A DNA stretch of 32,000 nt from Methanosphaera stadtmanae DSM 3091 (GCF_000012545.1 NC_007681.1:150001-182000); one strand, 5' to 3'; positions 1 through 9,263 are shown, counted from the stretch's first letter. The notes: generated by a model from the letters alone, not told the origin. Program-made: numbers and translations.

Positions 1-216
1 AATGAATCCACAAATATGGGAGTAAATGTAATAAAAAGAGATGTATCTGATATGAAAGCAGATAAAATCCTTGATTCACAAAATTCCAAAAAAGCAATAG
101 TAGAATCAGCTACAGAAATAGCAGGTGAAATACTACGTATTGATGATGTGGTATCAACAAAACCAATGACTCCTGTAGGTGGAGACATGCCTGGAACACC
201 AAATCCATACATGTAA
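1..216 (+). CDS. ths: Thermosome (group II chaperonin) subunit, 3' end; the gene continues upstream of the window
   Basis: The frame is open from base 1 (NESTN precedes the tracked Met). The C-terminal helix ...SATEIAGEILRIDDVVS... matches the conserved thermosome 'ILRIDD(V/I)' region. It is followed by a Gly/Met/Pro-rich tail (GGDMPGTPNPYM). Confidence 0.8.
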   Translation, partial: NESTNMGVNVIKRDVSDMKADKILDSQNSKKAIVESATEIAGEILRIDDVVSTKPMTPVGGDMPGTPNPYM

Positions 217-221
217 ACAAT

Positions 222-259
222 AAGAAGATTAAGATAACTTCTTAATAATCTTCTTTTTT
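222..259 (+). terminator. Stem-loop plus oligo-T downstream of the thermosome gene
   Basis: aagaagatta (222-231) is the exact reverse complement of taatcttctt (246-255). The second arm runs into a T-run (251-259), 6 nt after the stop codon. Confidence 0.45.
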
Positions 260-301
260 AAAAACTAGTTTTAATTCATATTTAAAAAAAGTAAAAATTA
301 G

Positions 302-870
302 TTAATAAACTATTTCTTTATTATCTTTCAATTGATGTTGTCGTAGTAGATATATAATTACTACAGGAATAATTACTCCTAAATAATTAAATGACATACC
401 TATTATTTTAAATGCCACTCCAAAAGATATTAAAGTTGTAATTATTAGAAAAATTCTCAAAACATTACTTGTTATTAAGTATTTGCTCTACCATATAGTA
501 TATAAAAATCTATTCCCCACACACATAAAGGTACTAAATTAATAAGTTCTAAAAATATAAAATAGGTTAAAGAATATCCTTCATGTTGGAAATGTTCAAT
601 AGTACTTGTATTATCAAAATTTTTTGTTATTTTAGCTTTTATAAAAATATCCTCTCTTAGATGAATAATAGCATATAGACACATTATTCCAAAAATACCT
701 GGAAGCCATAATGTATATTTTCCTGGAAATATAAGTTCTGGAATAATATATGTGACAATTAACATAGGTAAAAATGACATGAATGAGTGAATTATTGCTA
801 CTTTTCCTCTAGGTTCAAAAGCTAATGCATTTGTTAATACACCTAATTTATATAATAAATAATGAATCAT
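302..870 (-). pseudogene. Frameshifted shorter paralog (copy 1) of the 986-1696 multi-pass membrane protein
   Basis: Bases 471-832 match 1152-1514 with 3 substitutions and one missing g (gctct-acc at 489/490 versus gctctgacc at 1171). That 1-nt loss creates the stop at 475. If the base is restored, the frame continues to a stop at 302-304, giving ...YLITSNVLRIFLIITTLISFGVAFKIIGMSFNYLGVIIPVVIIYLLRQHQLKDNKEIVY. A ~77-nt internal segment present in the other copies is absent. The N-terminus (MIHYLLYKLGVLTN) is unrelated to copy 2. Confidence 0.6.
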
Positions 871-985
871 GTGATTATATATTTTTTCATGACTTTTTCA
901 TTGTTTAAAGATCAGATTTAATATTCAAAAATCTAAACTATATGAAAAAATAAGTAATTAAGTATACAAATTATTCACCTCCTTG

Positions 986-1696
986 TTAATAAGTTATACC
1001 AGCTATTCTAAATGCCACTCCAAAAGATATTAAAGTTGTAATCATTAGAAAAAGCCACCAACCATTTCTTGTTTTCAAATCAAATGGCATAAATTTATCT
1101 GTTATCTCGGGAAATACTATTAGAAATTCTACTATTAAACATATGATTATTGTTATTAAGTATTTGCTCTGACCATATAGTATATAAAAATCTATTCCCC
1201 ACACACATAAAGGTACTAAATTAATAAGTCCTAAAAATATAAAATAGGTTAAAGAATATCCTTCATGTTGAAAATGTTCAATAGTACTTGTATTATCAAA
1301 ATTTTTTGTTATTTTAGCTTTTATAAAAATATCTTCTCTTAGATGAATAATAGCATATAGACACATTATTCCAAAAATACCTGGAAGCCATAATGTATAT
1401 TTTCCTGGAAATATAAGTTCTGGAATAATATATGTGACAATTAACATAGGTAAAAATGACATGAATGAGTGAATTATTGCTACTTTTCCTCTAGGTTCAA
1501 AAGCTAATGCATTTTCATATTTTTCATTAAAAATTGGTTTATCTAATTTTTTATTAAGAAAAATATATATTGGTCTTAAAATATATTTTCCCCATAAAAT
1601 CATAAAGGGGATTGAGATAACAATTCCTATTAAAAAAATTATCATTTCAGGGGATTGTGGTGCTCCACGTCCTACAATCATTAATTTAACCTCCAT
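986..1696 (-). CDS. Uncharacterised multi-pass membrane protein (intact copy 2 of the local repeat family)
   Basis: The 236-aa ORF has several hydrophobic helices. GGAGGT lies 7 nt upstream of the second ATG, so the likely start is 1681 (MIVGRGAP...). I recognised no family motif. Confidence 0.75.
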   Translation of the reverse strand: MEVKLMIVGRGAPQSPEMIIFLIGIVISIPFMILWGKYILRPIYIFLNKKLDKPIFNEKYENALAFEPRGKVAIIHSFMSFLPMLIVTYIIPELIFPGKYTLWLPGIFGIMCLYAIIHLREDIFIKAKITKNFDNTSTIEHFQHEGYSLTYFIFLGLINLVPLCVWGIDFYILYGQSKYLITIIICLIVEFLIVFPEITDKFMPFDLKTRNGWWLFLMITTLISFGVAFRIAGITY

Positions 1697-1750
1697 AATA
1701 TAGTATTATTTTCAATTTCTTTTTATATAATAAACATATTTTAACCTATT

Positions 1751-2794
1751 TTAATCATTTGGGTGGTATCTACAACATTCTACAAAAGCACTACATCCTA
1801 CTCCTGTTTCAAATGTTTTAGCATACTCATGTAAATATGATGAATATGTAGTTAATCCTTTATTGCATAATACTGTTCTAGTAGCTATTGTAACTTGTTT
1901 ATGTAGGGCTTTTTCAGCTATTCTGGCAATTTTTACTTCTCCACTTCCTGGAAGACATGACATAAAGATGGAGATTGCTGCATTTTCTGCATAATATGGA
2001 TTTGATATATCATCTAAACTATTAGCACCTGTAGCAGCATAACATAATAATGCACCACCAGCTACTGCAGCAATGGGAAGAACTACTGGTGCTGATGATA
2101 TGGCAAGAGTTATGCCTGTTGTTATTAGAATTGATCCTGCAATATCTTCACAAGTATTGATTATTTTCCAACATGTATCTGTAGCACTACCAGGTATGGT
2201 CTGTTCATAGCAATATGTGATATAATTTTTTCCAAAATTGTATATACTTTCTATTCCTTTTGTAATAAAATCACTAATTGTCCATGTTGCTGCATTTTCA
2301 TAATTATAACCATATCCAATACTCCCATATCCTCCACATATTTCCTTTGTTATTATGATGTTAGTTTCAGCGGTGGTAGTTTTTAAGTTTTTTGATGAAT
2401 TTCGAGAATTCATTATCATATAGGTATAAGCTCCATTTGAACATAGTGTTATCATATAATCCGTGTTGTTTTCTGTGTGAATTTGAAGTGTTCCAGTTTT
2501 ATTATCATATGTGAAATTCAATGTTTTATTATTATAATAATCTTCCATAAAATATATTGCAGCAGATCCTGCATTTTTATCTCCAGCAAGATTCAATACT
2601 ACTCCTTCAAGATACGATCCTATAAATCCTGTTAGAAAGTTATATGTACTGGTATTAGTACTGTTTCCAATGATATTTGTCCCAAAAACACCATCCTGAA
2701 TATTTATAAGTATATATCCATTATATGTTATGCGTATTGCCATTTGTGTATCCTGAATACAATATGATTTAAGATTTAATTGATATTCAAACAT
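1751..2794 (-). CDS. Hypothetical 347-aa protein with a Gly/Ala-rich hydrophobic segment and a Cys-rich C-terminal tail; possibly 5'-truncated
   Basis: The long ORF has coding-like composition. The hydrophobic segment is GSILITTGITLAISSAPVVLPIAAVAGGALLCYAATGA. The tail ...GVGCSAFVECCRYHPND is Cys-rich. The frame stays open for 49 codons upstream of the ATG (2795-2941) with no ATG, GTG or TTG. No RBS lies near the ATG at 2794. Confidence 0.55.
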   Translation of the reverse strand: MFEYQLNLKSYCIQDTQMAIRITYNGYILINIQDGVFGTNIIGNSTNTSTYNFLTGFIGSYLEGVVLNLAGDKNAGSAAIYFMEDYYNNKTLNFTYDNKTGTLQIHTENNTDYMITLCSNGAYTYMIMNSRNSSKNLKTTTAETNIIITKEICGGYGSIGYGYNYENAATWTISDFITKGIESIYNFGKNYITYCYEQTIPGSATDTCWKIINTCEDIAGSILITTGITLAISSAPVVLPIAAVAGGALLCYAATGANSLDDISNPYYAENAAISIFMSCLPGSGEVKIARIAEKALHKQVTIATRTVLCNKGLTTYSSYLHEYAKTFETGVGCSAFVECCRYHPND

Positions 2795-2970
2795 TGTGGA
2801 TGCTGCATTGTATAGATACAGATATGTTAGTCCTGTTAAAAATGTTCCATAACATGAACAATATACACTTTTATTGTATGATGCATTTTTTTGACTCCAA
2901 TATTTTAAAATATCTTGTGTTATTTTTTGATTAGTTAATAATTAGTAATATTAATTAAATCTATTGATAT

Positions 2971-3178
2971 ATTGTTCACCTCATTATTAATAAGTTATAT
3001 GGACTATTTTAAAATGCCACTCCAAAAGATATTAAAGTTGTAATTATTAGAAAAATTCTCAAAACATTACTTTCAAATCAAATGGCATAAATTTATCTGT
3101 TATCTTGGGAAATACTATTAGAAATTCTATTATTAAACATATGATTATTGTTATTAAGTATTTGCTCTACCATATAGT
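2971..3178 (-). pseudogene. Remnant (copy 3) of the 3' end of the membrane-protein gene plus its downstream GAGGTGA element
   Basis: Bases 3012-3178 align with 410-500 and 1010-1180 (aaatgccactccaaaagatattaaagttgtaat... to ...gttattaagtatttgctctaccatatag). No 5' half is present. There are internal stops in every frame that aligns with copy 2. Confidence 0.55.
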
Positions 3179-3400
3179 GGATAAAATAAAATTATTTCCT
3201 CTTTATATTTTGAACCATAGATGATATAATAATATACCAGTATCTAAAAATTACAAATCCATTTTTTTTTAATTTCACATATTATATTTATTATATTGGG
3301 TGTATGTTTTTATGAATATGAATTATTTTTTTTAGATGTATTTATGAATATTATTATTAGTTTTAAAAAAGATATATTTAATTAAGAATATTTAATATAG

Positions 3401-4699
3401 TTGGAAGGATTTAAATTGCTAGAAATTATAGAGTTAAAACAAGAAGACTTTTCAAAGTATACTCAGAGAATTCAAATGAATTCTAGTGATGTTATACAAC
3501 CTGTACAGGAAATTATTGCAAATGTATGTGAAAATAAGGATAAAGCATTACATGATTATACTTTGAAATTTGATAAGGCAGATATCTCTGATTTTAAGGT
3601 ACCTGTTGAGACTATTAAACAAAGTGTGGAAAATATTAGTCCTAAACTAAGAAAAGCATTGGAAGATGCAGCAGAAAATATTAGTAAGTTTCATAAAGCA
3701 CAAATACCATCTGATTGGACAATGACAGTAAAAGATGGTGTTAAGGCTGGTCAAATTATAAGACCATTATCTCGTGTTGGTTGTTATATTCCTGGTGGAA
3801 GGGCAGCATATCCTTCATCCATATTAATGACTGTTATTCCAGCAAAGATTGCTGGTGTAGAAGAGATTATTTGTTGTACTCCTCCAGATAAAGATGGATG
3901 TGTTAGTGATGAAATTCTTGCAGCAGCATATATTGCTGGTGTAACTGATATTTACATGGTGGGTGGTGCTCAAGCTATAGCAGCAATGGCATATTCTACT
4001 CAAACAATACCTTCTGTTGATAAGATTGTAGGACCTGGTAATATTTTTGTAGCAACAGCTAAAAAATTAGTATATGGTGATGTGGATATTGAATTTCCAG
4101 CAGGTCCATCTGAAATGTTAGCATTGGTAGATGAAACAGCAAATCCTGAATATATTGCAACAGAATTATTAGCTCAAGCAGAACATGATCCTAATGCTGC
4201 AACAATACTTGTATCTACATCAAAAGAAGTGGCCCAAAAAACTGTAGAACATGTTATGGAATATCTTAAAACACAAAAAAGAAGTGATATAATAGAAGAA
4301 TCATTATCTAAATATGGTCATGTTCTAGTGGCAAGTAGTATGGAAGATGCTATAGATTTTACTAATGCATATGCTCCAGAACACTTGGTTATTGTGACAA
4401 AAGATCATTATAAAACATTAGAATCAATAAATAATGCTGGTTCTATCTTTTTAGGTAATCTTACACCAGTTGCTGGTGGAGATTATGGTTCTGGAACAAA
4501 CCATGTTCTTCCAACAAGTGGTGGGGCAAGAATGTATTCTGGTTTATCTGCAGAATCTTTCCTTAAAAAACCAACAATACAAGAATTATCACCTGAAGGT
4601 GTTAAAAATATTAAAGACATGGTTATAAACCTAGCAGAAGCAGAAGGATTATATGCTCATGCTTTATCTATTAAAAAAAGAGCAGAAGATATGGAATAA
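3401..4699 (+). CDS. hisD: Histidinol dehydrogenase
   Basis: The length fits HisD (~430 aa), as do remembered family motifs: [30 protein letters not shown] and [13 protein letters not shown]. The start is uncertain: TTG at 3401, or TTG at 3416, which is preceded by ggaagga. Confidence 0.92.
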   Translation: MEGFKLLEIIELKQEDFSKYTQRIQMNSSDVIQPVQEIIANVCENKDKALHDYTLKFDKADISDFKVPVETIKQSVENISPKLRKALEDAAENISKFHKAQIPSDWTMTVKDGVKAGQIIRPLSRVGCYIPGGRAAYPSSILMTVIPAKIAGVEEIICCTPPDKDGCVSDEILAAAYIAGVTDIYMVGGAQAIAAMAYSTQTIPSVDKIVGPGNIFVATAKKLVYGDVDIEFPAGPSEMLALVDETANPEYIATELLAQAEHDPNAATILVSTSKEVAQKTVEHVMEYLKTQKRSDIIEESLSKYGHVLVASSMEDAIDFTNAYAPEHLVIVTKDHYKTLESINNAGSIFLGNLTPVAGGDYGSGTNHVLPTSGGARMYSGLSAESFLKKPTIQELSPEGVKNIKDMVINLAEAEGLYAHALSIKKRAEDME

Positions 4700-4805
4700 A
4701 ATATTTTTTCTATTAAATAAATTTATCAATTAAGAAAAATATAAATATATATTAATATTTTATTAATTTTAACTAAAATCATAAAATGAATACATAGGTG
4801 AAAAA

Positions 4806-6125
4806 GTGACAGACATATTTGAAAAATGTAAAAGAACCCATTACTCAAATGAAATAGGTCCAGAACTTGCTGGTGAAACAGTTAAAGTAACTGGATGGGT
4901 ACATGAAATAAGAGATCTTGGTGGAATTGTATTTGTATTAATCAGAGATAAAAATGGTATAACACAATTAACAGCACCAAGTAAAAAATTATCTGAAGAA
5001 ATGATGGCAGATGTACGTGCAGCAAGAAAAGAAACAATAATTACCCTAACAGGTACTGTACAAGAATCAGCAAAAGCACCTAATGGTGTTGAAATAATTC
5101 CAAGTAACATTGATGTAATTAATGTTTCACAATTACCTCTACCATTAGATACTACAGAAAAAGTAGAAGCAGAAATGGATACAAGATTAGATTCAAGATT
5201 CATGGATTTAAGAAAACATGATGTAAGTGCAATATTTAAAATAAAAAGTCAAATGTTACACACAGCACGTAACTACTTCTATGACAATGATTTTACAGAA
5301 ATCACAACACCAAAACTTGTAGCTTCAGCAACTGAAGGTGGAACAGAATTATTCCCAATAACCTACTTTGAAAAAGAAGCATTTCTTGGACAAAGTCCTC
5401 AACTATATAAACAAATGATGATGGCAACAGGTCTTGACAATGTATTTGAAATAGGACAAATATTCAGAGCAGAAGAACATGATACATTAAGACATTTAAA
5501 TGAAGCATTATCCATTGATGCAGAAATGTCATTTAAAAGTCAAACAGATGCAATGAACACATTAGAAGAATTAATTAAAAGAATATTATCAGACATATCT
5601 ACTAATTGTCAAAAAGAATTATCTGACTTAGATCATGAATTAGATATTCCTACAGAACCATTCCCAATAGTTACATATGAAGAAGTAATTGATATTGTAA
5701 ATAGTAGGGATGTTGAAATGAATTATGGTGAAGATTTAAATAGGGCAGCAGAAAAAGTATTAGGAGAAACTATGGGTAGTTACTACTTTATTACAGAATG
5801 GCCAACAGCAATTAAACCATTCTATGTAATGCCTAACAGTGATGATGCTGAAAAAAGCACTGCATTTGATTTAATGTACAGAGATCTTGAATTGTCAAGT
5901 GGTGCACAACGTATCCATGATTATGATCTTTTATACAGTCAAATAGAAGCAAAAGATTTAAATCCTGATTCATTTGAAAAATACTTACAAGCATTTAAGT
6001 ATGGTATGCCACCACACTCTGGTTGGGGTATGGGTGCAGACAGATTAACAATGGTTATTACAGGTGCAAAAAATATTAGGGAAACTGTATTATTCCCAAG
6101 AGACAGAAGACGACTTACACCTTAG
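4806..6125 (+). CDS. aspS: Aspartyl-tRNA synthetase, archaeal/eukaryotic type (class IIb)
   Basis: It has an N-terminal OB anticodon-binding region ([21 protein letters not shown]). Class II motif 2 is present ([14 protein letters not shown]). Motif 3 is present ([11 protein letters not shown]). The GTG start follows AGGTGA (4796-4801). Confidence 0.92.
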   Translation: MTDIFEKCKRTHYSNEIGPELAGETVKVTGWVHEIRDLGGIVFVLIRDKNGITQLTAPSKKLSEEMMADVRAARKETIITLTGTVQESAKAPNGVEIIPSNIDVINVSQLPLPLDTTEKVEAEMDTRLDSRFMDLRKHDVSAIFKIKSQMLHTARNYFYDNDFTEITTPKLVASATEGGTELFPITYFEKEAFLGQSPQLYKQMMMATGLDNVFEIGQIFRAEEHDTLRHLNEALSIDAEMSFKSQTDAMNTLEELIKRILSDISTNCQKELSDLDHELDIPTEPFPIVTYEEVIDIVNSRDVEMNYGEDLNRAAEKVLGETMGSYYFITEWPTAIKPFYVMPNSDDAEKSTAFDLMYRDLELSSGAQRIHDYDLLYSQIEAKDLNPDSFEKYLQAFKYGMPPHSGWGMGADRLTMVITGAKNIRETVLFPRDRRRLTP

Positions 6126-6138
6126 TTGTTCTTCTTTA

Positions 6139-6147
6139 TTTTTTTTT
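6139..6147 (+). terminator. Oligo-T tract downstream of aspS
   Basis: A run of 9 T lies 14 nt after the aspS stop. Archaeal RNA polymerase terminates at oligo-T. Confidence 0.4.
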
Positions 6148-6238
6148 AAATTAATTTCTTTTTCTAAAATAAGTATGATAAAATAAGTTTGTCTATTTTT
6201 AATAAATTTAATAAAAAAAGAGGTACTTGGGAGAGTAT

Positions 6239-6562
6239 CTATTCTTTTATATCTTCAATATATATGTAAATTCTTTCTTCTTCAAAATAATAGCTTTCAT
6301 CTTCATTTAATTTACTGGCAATTTCAAAGATTAAACCATTATCTCTTAATTGAAATATTCTATTTACAATATCATCGTATGCATATTGATTATTTCTATT
6401 AGTATATACTCTATTAAATCCCTTTTCACTCCATTCAAGTCCATCCCATGCATATAATTTGGATTTTCCCTGTGGATTATATACTATCTTAGCAAGTATA
6501 TTAAAATCATCTTCTTCATAAGTATCATCAAGTAGAATACATTCTATTTCTCGTATATTCAT
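6239..6562 (-). CDS. Small acidic aromatic-rich protein (107 aa), paralog B of a tandem pair
   Basis: The ORF starts 11 nt downstream of the stop of the upstream 107-aa gene. By my count there are about 24 D/E versus 12 K/R. It shares the block KLYAWDGLEWSEKGF with TYYFFDGDTWHKDFI of its neighbour. Confidence 0.6.
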   Translation of the reverse strand: MNIREIECILLDDTYEEDDFNILAKIVYNPQGKSKLYAWDGLEWSEKGFNRVYTNRNNQYAYDDIVNRIFQLRDNGLIFEIASKLNEDESYYFEEERIYIYIEDIKE

Positions 6563-6573
6563 ATTCTACATCC

Positions 6574-6897
6574 TTATAATTTATTTGCTATGATATTTAA
6601 TTTATATTGTTCTTTAGAGATTTCATCATGATCATTCATAGCTTTTAATTCTTTCCAAAGATTTCCATGTACCATATAATCATGCATTCTTGTTATAAAA
6701 TCTTCAAATTTATCTTTATCTTCTTTATTTTCAGGTGATATTTTATTTAAGTCTATGAAATCTTTATGCCATGTGTCTCCATCAAAAAAATAATATGTTG
6801 TATCATAATCATTTTCAGTATTATATTCTGCTTTACATTTTATATTATATGATTTATTATCAACATCACTTAGAATATATTCATATGTTTCTTTCAT
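6574..6897 (-). CDS. Small acidic aromatic-rich protein (107 aa), paralog A of a tandem pair
   Basis: GAGGGTGA lies 8 nt upstream of the ATG. It has the same length as the downstream gene. By my count there are about 24 D/E versus 15 K/R. Confidence 0.6.
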   Translation of the reverse strand: MKETYEYILSDVDNKSYNIKCKAEYNTENDYDTTYYFFDGDTWHKDFIDLNKISPENKEDKDKFEDFITRMHDYMVHGNLWKELKAMNDHDEISKEQYKLNIIANKL

Positions 6898-6984
6898 TTT
6901 CTATTCACCCTCATTGTTATTATGTTTGTGATACAAGATTAATATACTATGCAATCTATATTATAATATATTAATAATTTATCA

Positions 6985-7416
6985 TTGATTTCTATGCAAT
7001 ACTATAAAAAACATGTATATACTTCTAAGAATTTAAGAGAATTAATTAAATTCTATACTAGGGATGGATTCATACTTAAGGATAATGTGGATAATAAGAC
7101 ATATCTAACTAAGAAAAATCATGGTAGTTTAACAATTCATGTATTGTTATTAATAGCTACTTCCTGGTTTTCATTAGGTCTTATTAACATAATATACTTG
7201 ATAATTTCATATTTTTATTATTCTAAAGGAATAATTATAATATATTCTAATAATAATATAAATATAAACAATAATCCTATTTTTGAGTTATATGAAGGAT
7301 TTGATGATTTGGATGTTATTACTAATTTCTTAGATACAAGTGTTGATGATTATGAAAATTTCATAAATAATAATGATAAATCTCCGATTATATCATTTCT
7401 TAATCATAAAAAGTAA
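6985..7416 (+). CDS. Small membrane protein: N-terminal soluble segment, hydrophobic hairpin, Asn-rich acidic tail
   Basis: The hydrophobic stretch is LTIHVLLLIATSWFSLGLINIIYLIISYFYY. The tracked start is TTG at 6985. ATG at 6994 is equally plausible. Confidence 0.5.
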   Translation: MISMQYYKKHVYTSKNLRELIKFYTRDGFILKDNVDNKTYLTKKNHGSLTIHVLLLIATSWFSLGLINIIYLIISYFYYSKGIIIIYSNNNININNNPIFELYEGFDDLDVITNFLDTSVDDYENFINNNDKSPIISFLNHKK

Positions 7417-7541
7417 TTTGTTATGTATTTTCATATAATTTACAAATAATTTATATATGGATATTTACATATACTTTAATTAGATTATAAGAACATTAAA
7501 TTTTATTCAATAGAATAATTTTTTTTAAGAAGGTTTGTTTT

Positions 7542-7844
7542 ATGAAGTCAAAGATAACAAGTATTATTAAAAATATTAATAATACAACAAACACTACTTC
7601 TTCAGTTTATAATGTTTCTGATGAATCATCAGGAAATACTTCAAAGATTTATCAGGCCGATGAAGCTGGAGACTATGTTGAAACAACATACAAAGGAATA
7701 ACAGTATACGTTAGAGAAAACTATCCATACTATAATCCACAAAATGATAAAATTTATTATACAAAGGAAGAAGAAGCAGAAGATCTATATGCAATAGCTA
7801 AAGAAATGACAAAAGCTTCAATACCACAACTAGATGAAAAATAG
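7542..7844 (+). CDS. Hypothetical 100-aa protein
   Basis: The ATG ORF is preceded by aagaaggt. It has an Asn/Thr/Ser-rich N-terminus and a Tyr-rich core. I recognised no motif. Confidence 0.45.
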   Translation: MKSKITSIIKNINNTTNTTSSVYNVSDESSGNTSKIYQADEAGDYVETTYKGITVYVRENYPYYNPQNDKIYYTKEEEAEDLYAIAKEMTKASIPQLDEK

Positions 7845-7916
7845 ATTTTTAGTCATTGTTTTTTTACTTTTTTTTAAAACTTTTTTTTAGGAAAACTTAT
7901 TTTATTTATTAATATA

Positions 7917-9263
7917 GTGATTGTTATGAGAGACTATGTTGTAATGGATCTTGAAAATCCAAATTTTAGACAAAATTCAATATGTGCAATAGGTGTTATG
8001 TTAATTAGAAATAATAATGTTGTAGAAAGAAAATATTCTCTTATAAATCCTGAAGATACATTTGATAATATTAATATTCAAATAACAAAAATAGCACCAC
8101 ACATGATAAAACAAAGTCCAACACTCCCTGAATATTGGAGTGAAATAAGCTCTTGGTTATCAAATAATGTGATTGTTGGACATAATATAACATATGATCT
8201 TAGAGTACTGACTAAATCACTTCAAAGATATGATTTAGAAGTTCCAGAATTTAATTACTGCTGTACTCTAACACAAAGTAGAAAAAATTTGGATTTGCCA
8301 TCATATAAACTAGAAAATATAGCTAAAAAGTTACATATAATATATAATCCACACAATGCAATAGAAGATGCAAGAGCAGCATATGAATTATTTGAATACA
8401 TAAATAGACATAATCCAATAGGAACTAATCAAGTAAAGCAGTATAAATACAAGCCAAAGACAGAATCATATGATCCTAAATTATCAACTAACATAAATAA
8501 TCTTTATGGAATGGTACAAGTTTTAATATATAATCAATCATCAACACAAAAACAATTAAATCTACTAAATTCATGGCTACAAGAAAATATGAAATATAAT
8601 CACTATCCCTTATTTGATGATATTACAAAAAAAATAACATCTATCGTTGATAAAGGATGTGTTAATGGGGAAGATAAGGAAAAACTCGCTACTATTGAAA
8701 GTGTTAATCAATCCAATATATATAAACCAAATACACTTAAAACACAAGTATTACAGGGAATTATAAAAATTATCACAGCTGATAATAAAATAACACATGA
8801 AGAACTTAAATACTTAGATTCATGGTTAGATCAAAATAAATCCCTTAAAGGAACATACCCTTATGATAAAATAGTAGAAATAACAACGTCTCTTCTAAAA
8901 AAGAATACTGTTGGAGAAAATGAATATATAAACGTTTCAAAGATGTTTTTAGAGCTTTTAAGTCCAATTAAAACAACAGTTGAGTCTCTTGATTTAGAGG
9001 GAAAAACATATTGTTTAACAGGTGATTTTAAACATGGAAATAAGGCTAAAATAGTATCAATTCTTGAAAAAAGAGGTCTTATTAAGAAAAATTGTGTATC
9101 ATACAAGTTGGATTATTTGTTTGTTGGAGATTATGGAAGTCCTGCATGGAAGTATGGTAATATTGGTGGAAAAATTGTTAAAGCACAACAAATAATAGAT
9201 AAAGGTGCTAAAATTAAAATTATTAGTGAAAAAAATTTATTTAATGAATTGGGTATTGAATAA
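7917..9263 (+). CDS. DnaQ-like DEDDh 3'-5' exonuclease fused to two helical repeats and a C-terminal BRCT domain
   Basis: Exo I is VVMDLEN. Exo II is GHNITYDLRVL. Exo III is HNAIEDARAAYELF. Two ~75-aa repeats follow (QLNLLNSWLQEN...YPLFDDITKKITS and ELKYLDSWLDQN...YPYDKIVEITTS). The C-terminus is BRCT-like: GKTYCLTGDF...LDYLFVGDYGSPAWKYGNIGGKIVKAQQ. The likely true start is ATG 7926 (MRDYVVMDLE). Confidence 0.85.
   Translation: MIVMRDYVVMDLENPNFRQNSICAIGVMLIRNNNVVERKYSLINPEDTFDNINIQITKIAPHMIKQSPTLPEYWSEISSWLSNNVIVGHNITYDLRVLTKSLQRYDLEVPEFNYCCTLTQSRKNLDLPSYKLENIAKKLHIIYNPHNAIEDARAAYELFEYINRHNPIGTNQVKQYKYKPKTESYDPKLSTNINNLYGMVQVLIYNQSSTQKQLNLLNSWLQENMKYNHYPLFDDITKKITSIVDKGCVNGEDKEKLATIESVNQSNIYKPNTLKTQVLQGIIKIITADNKITHEELKYLDSWLDQNKSLKGTYPYDKIVEITTSLLKKNTVGENEYINVSKMFLELLSPIKTTVESLDLEGKTYCLTGDFKHGNKAKIVSILEKRGLIKKNCVSYKLDYLFVGDYGSPAWKYGNIGGKIVKAQQIIDKGAKIKIISEKNLFNELGIE

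Noticed and set aside
4841-5203. 120-aa ORF antisense to aspS.
   Set aside because: It is fully contained in a confidently identified aaRS gene and has no independent support.
6771-6974. 67-aa plus-strand ORF overlapping the 5' end of the 6574-6897 gene.
   Set aside because: The product is Tyr/Ile/His-rich and low in complexity. It overlaps a gene that has a strong RBS and extends into a divergent promoter region.
8861-9106. 81-aa ORF antisense to the exonuclease-BRCT gene.
   Set aside because: It overlaps the conserved BRCT-coding region and is most likely an antisense artefact.
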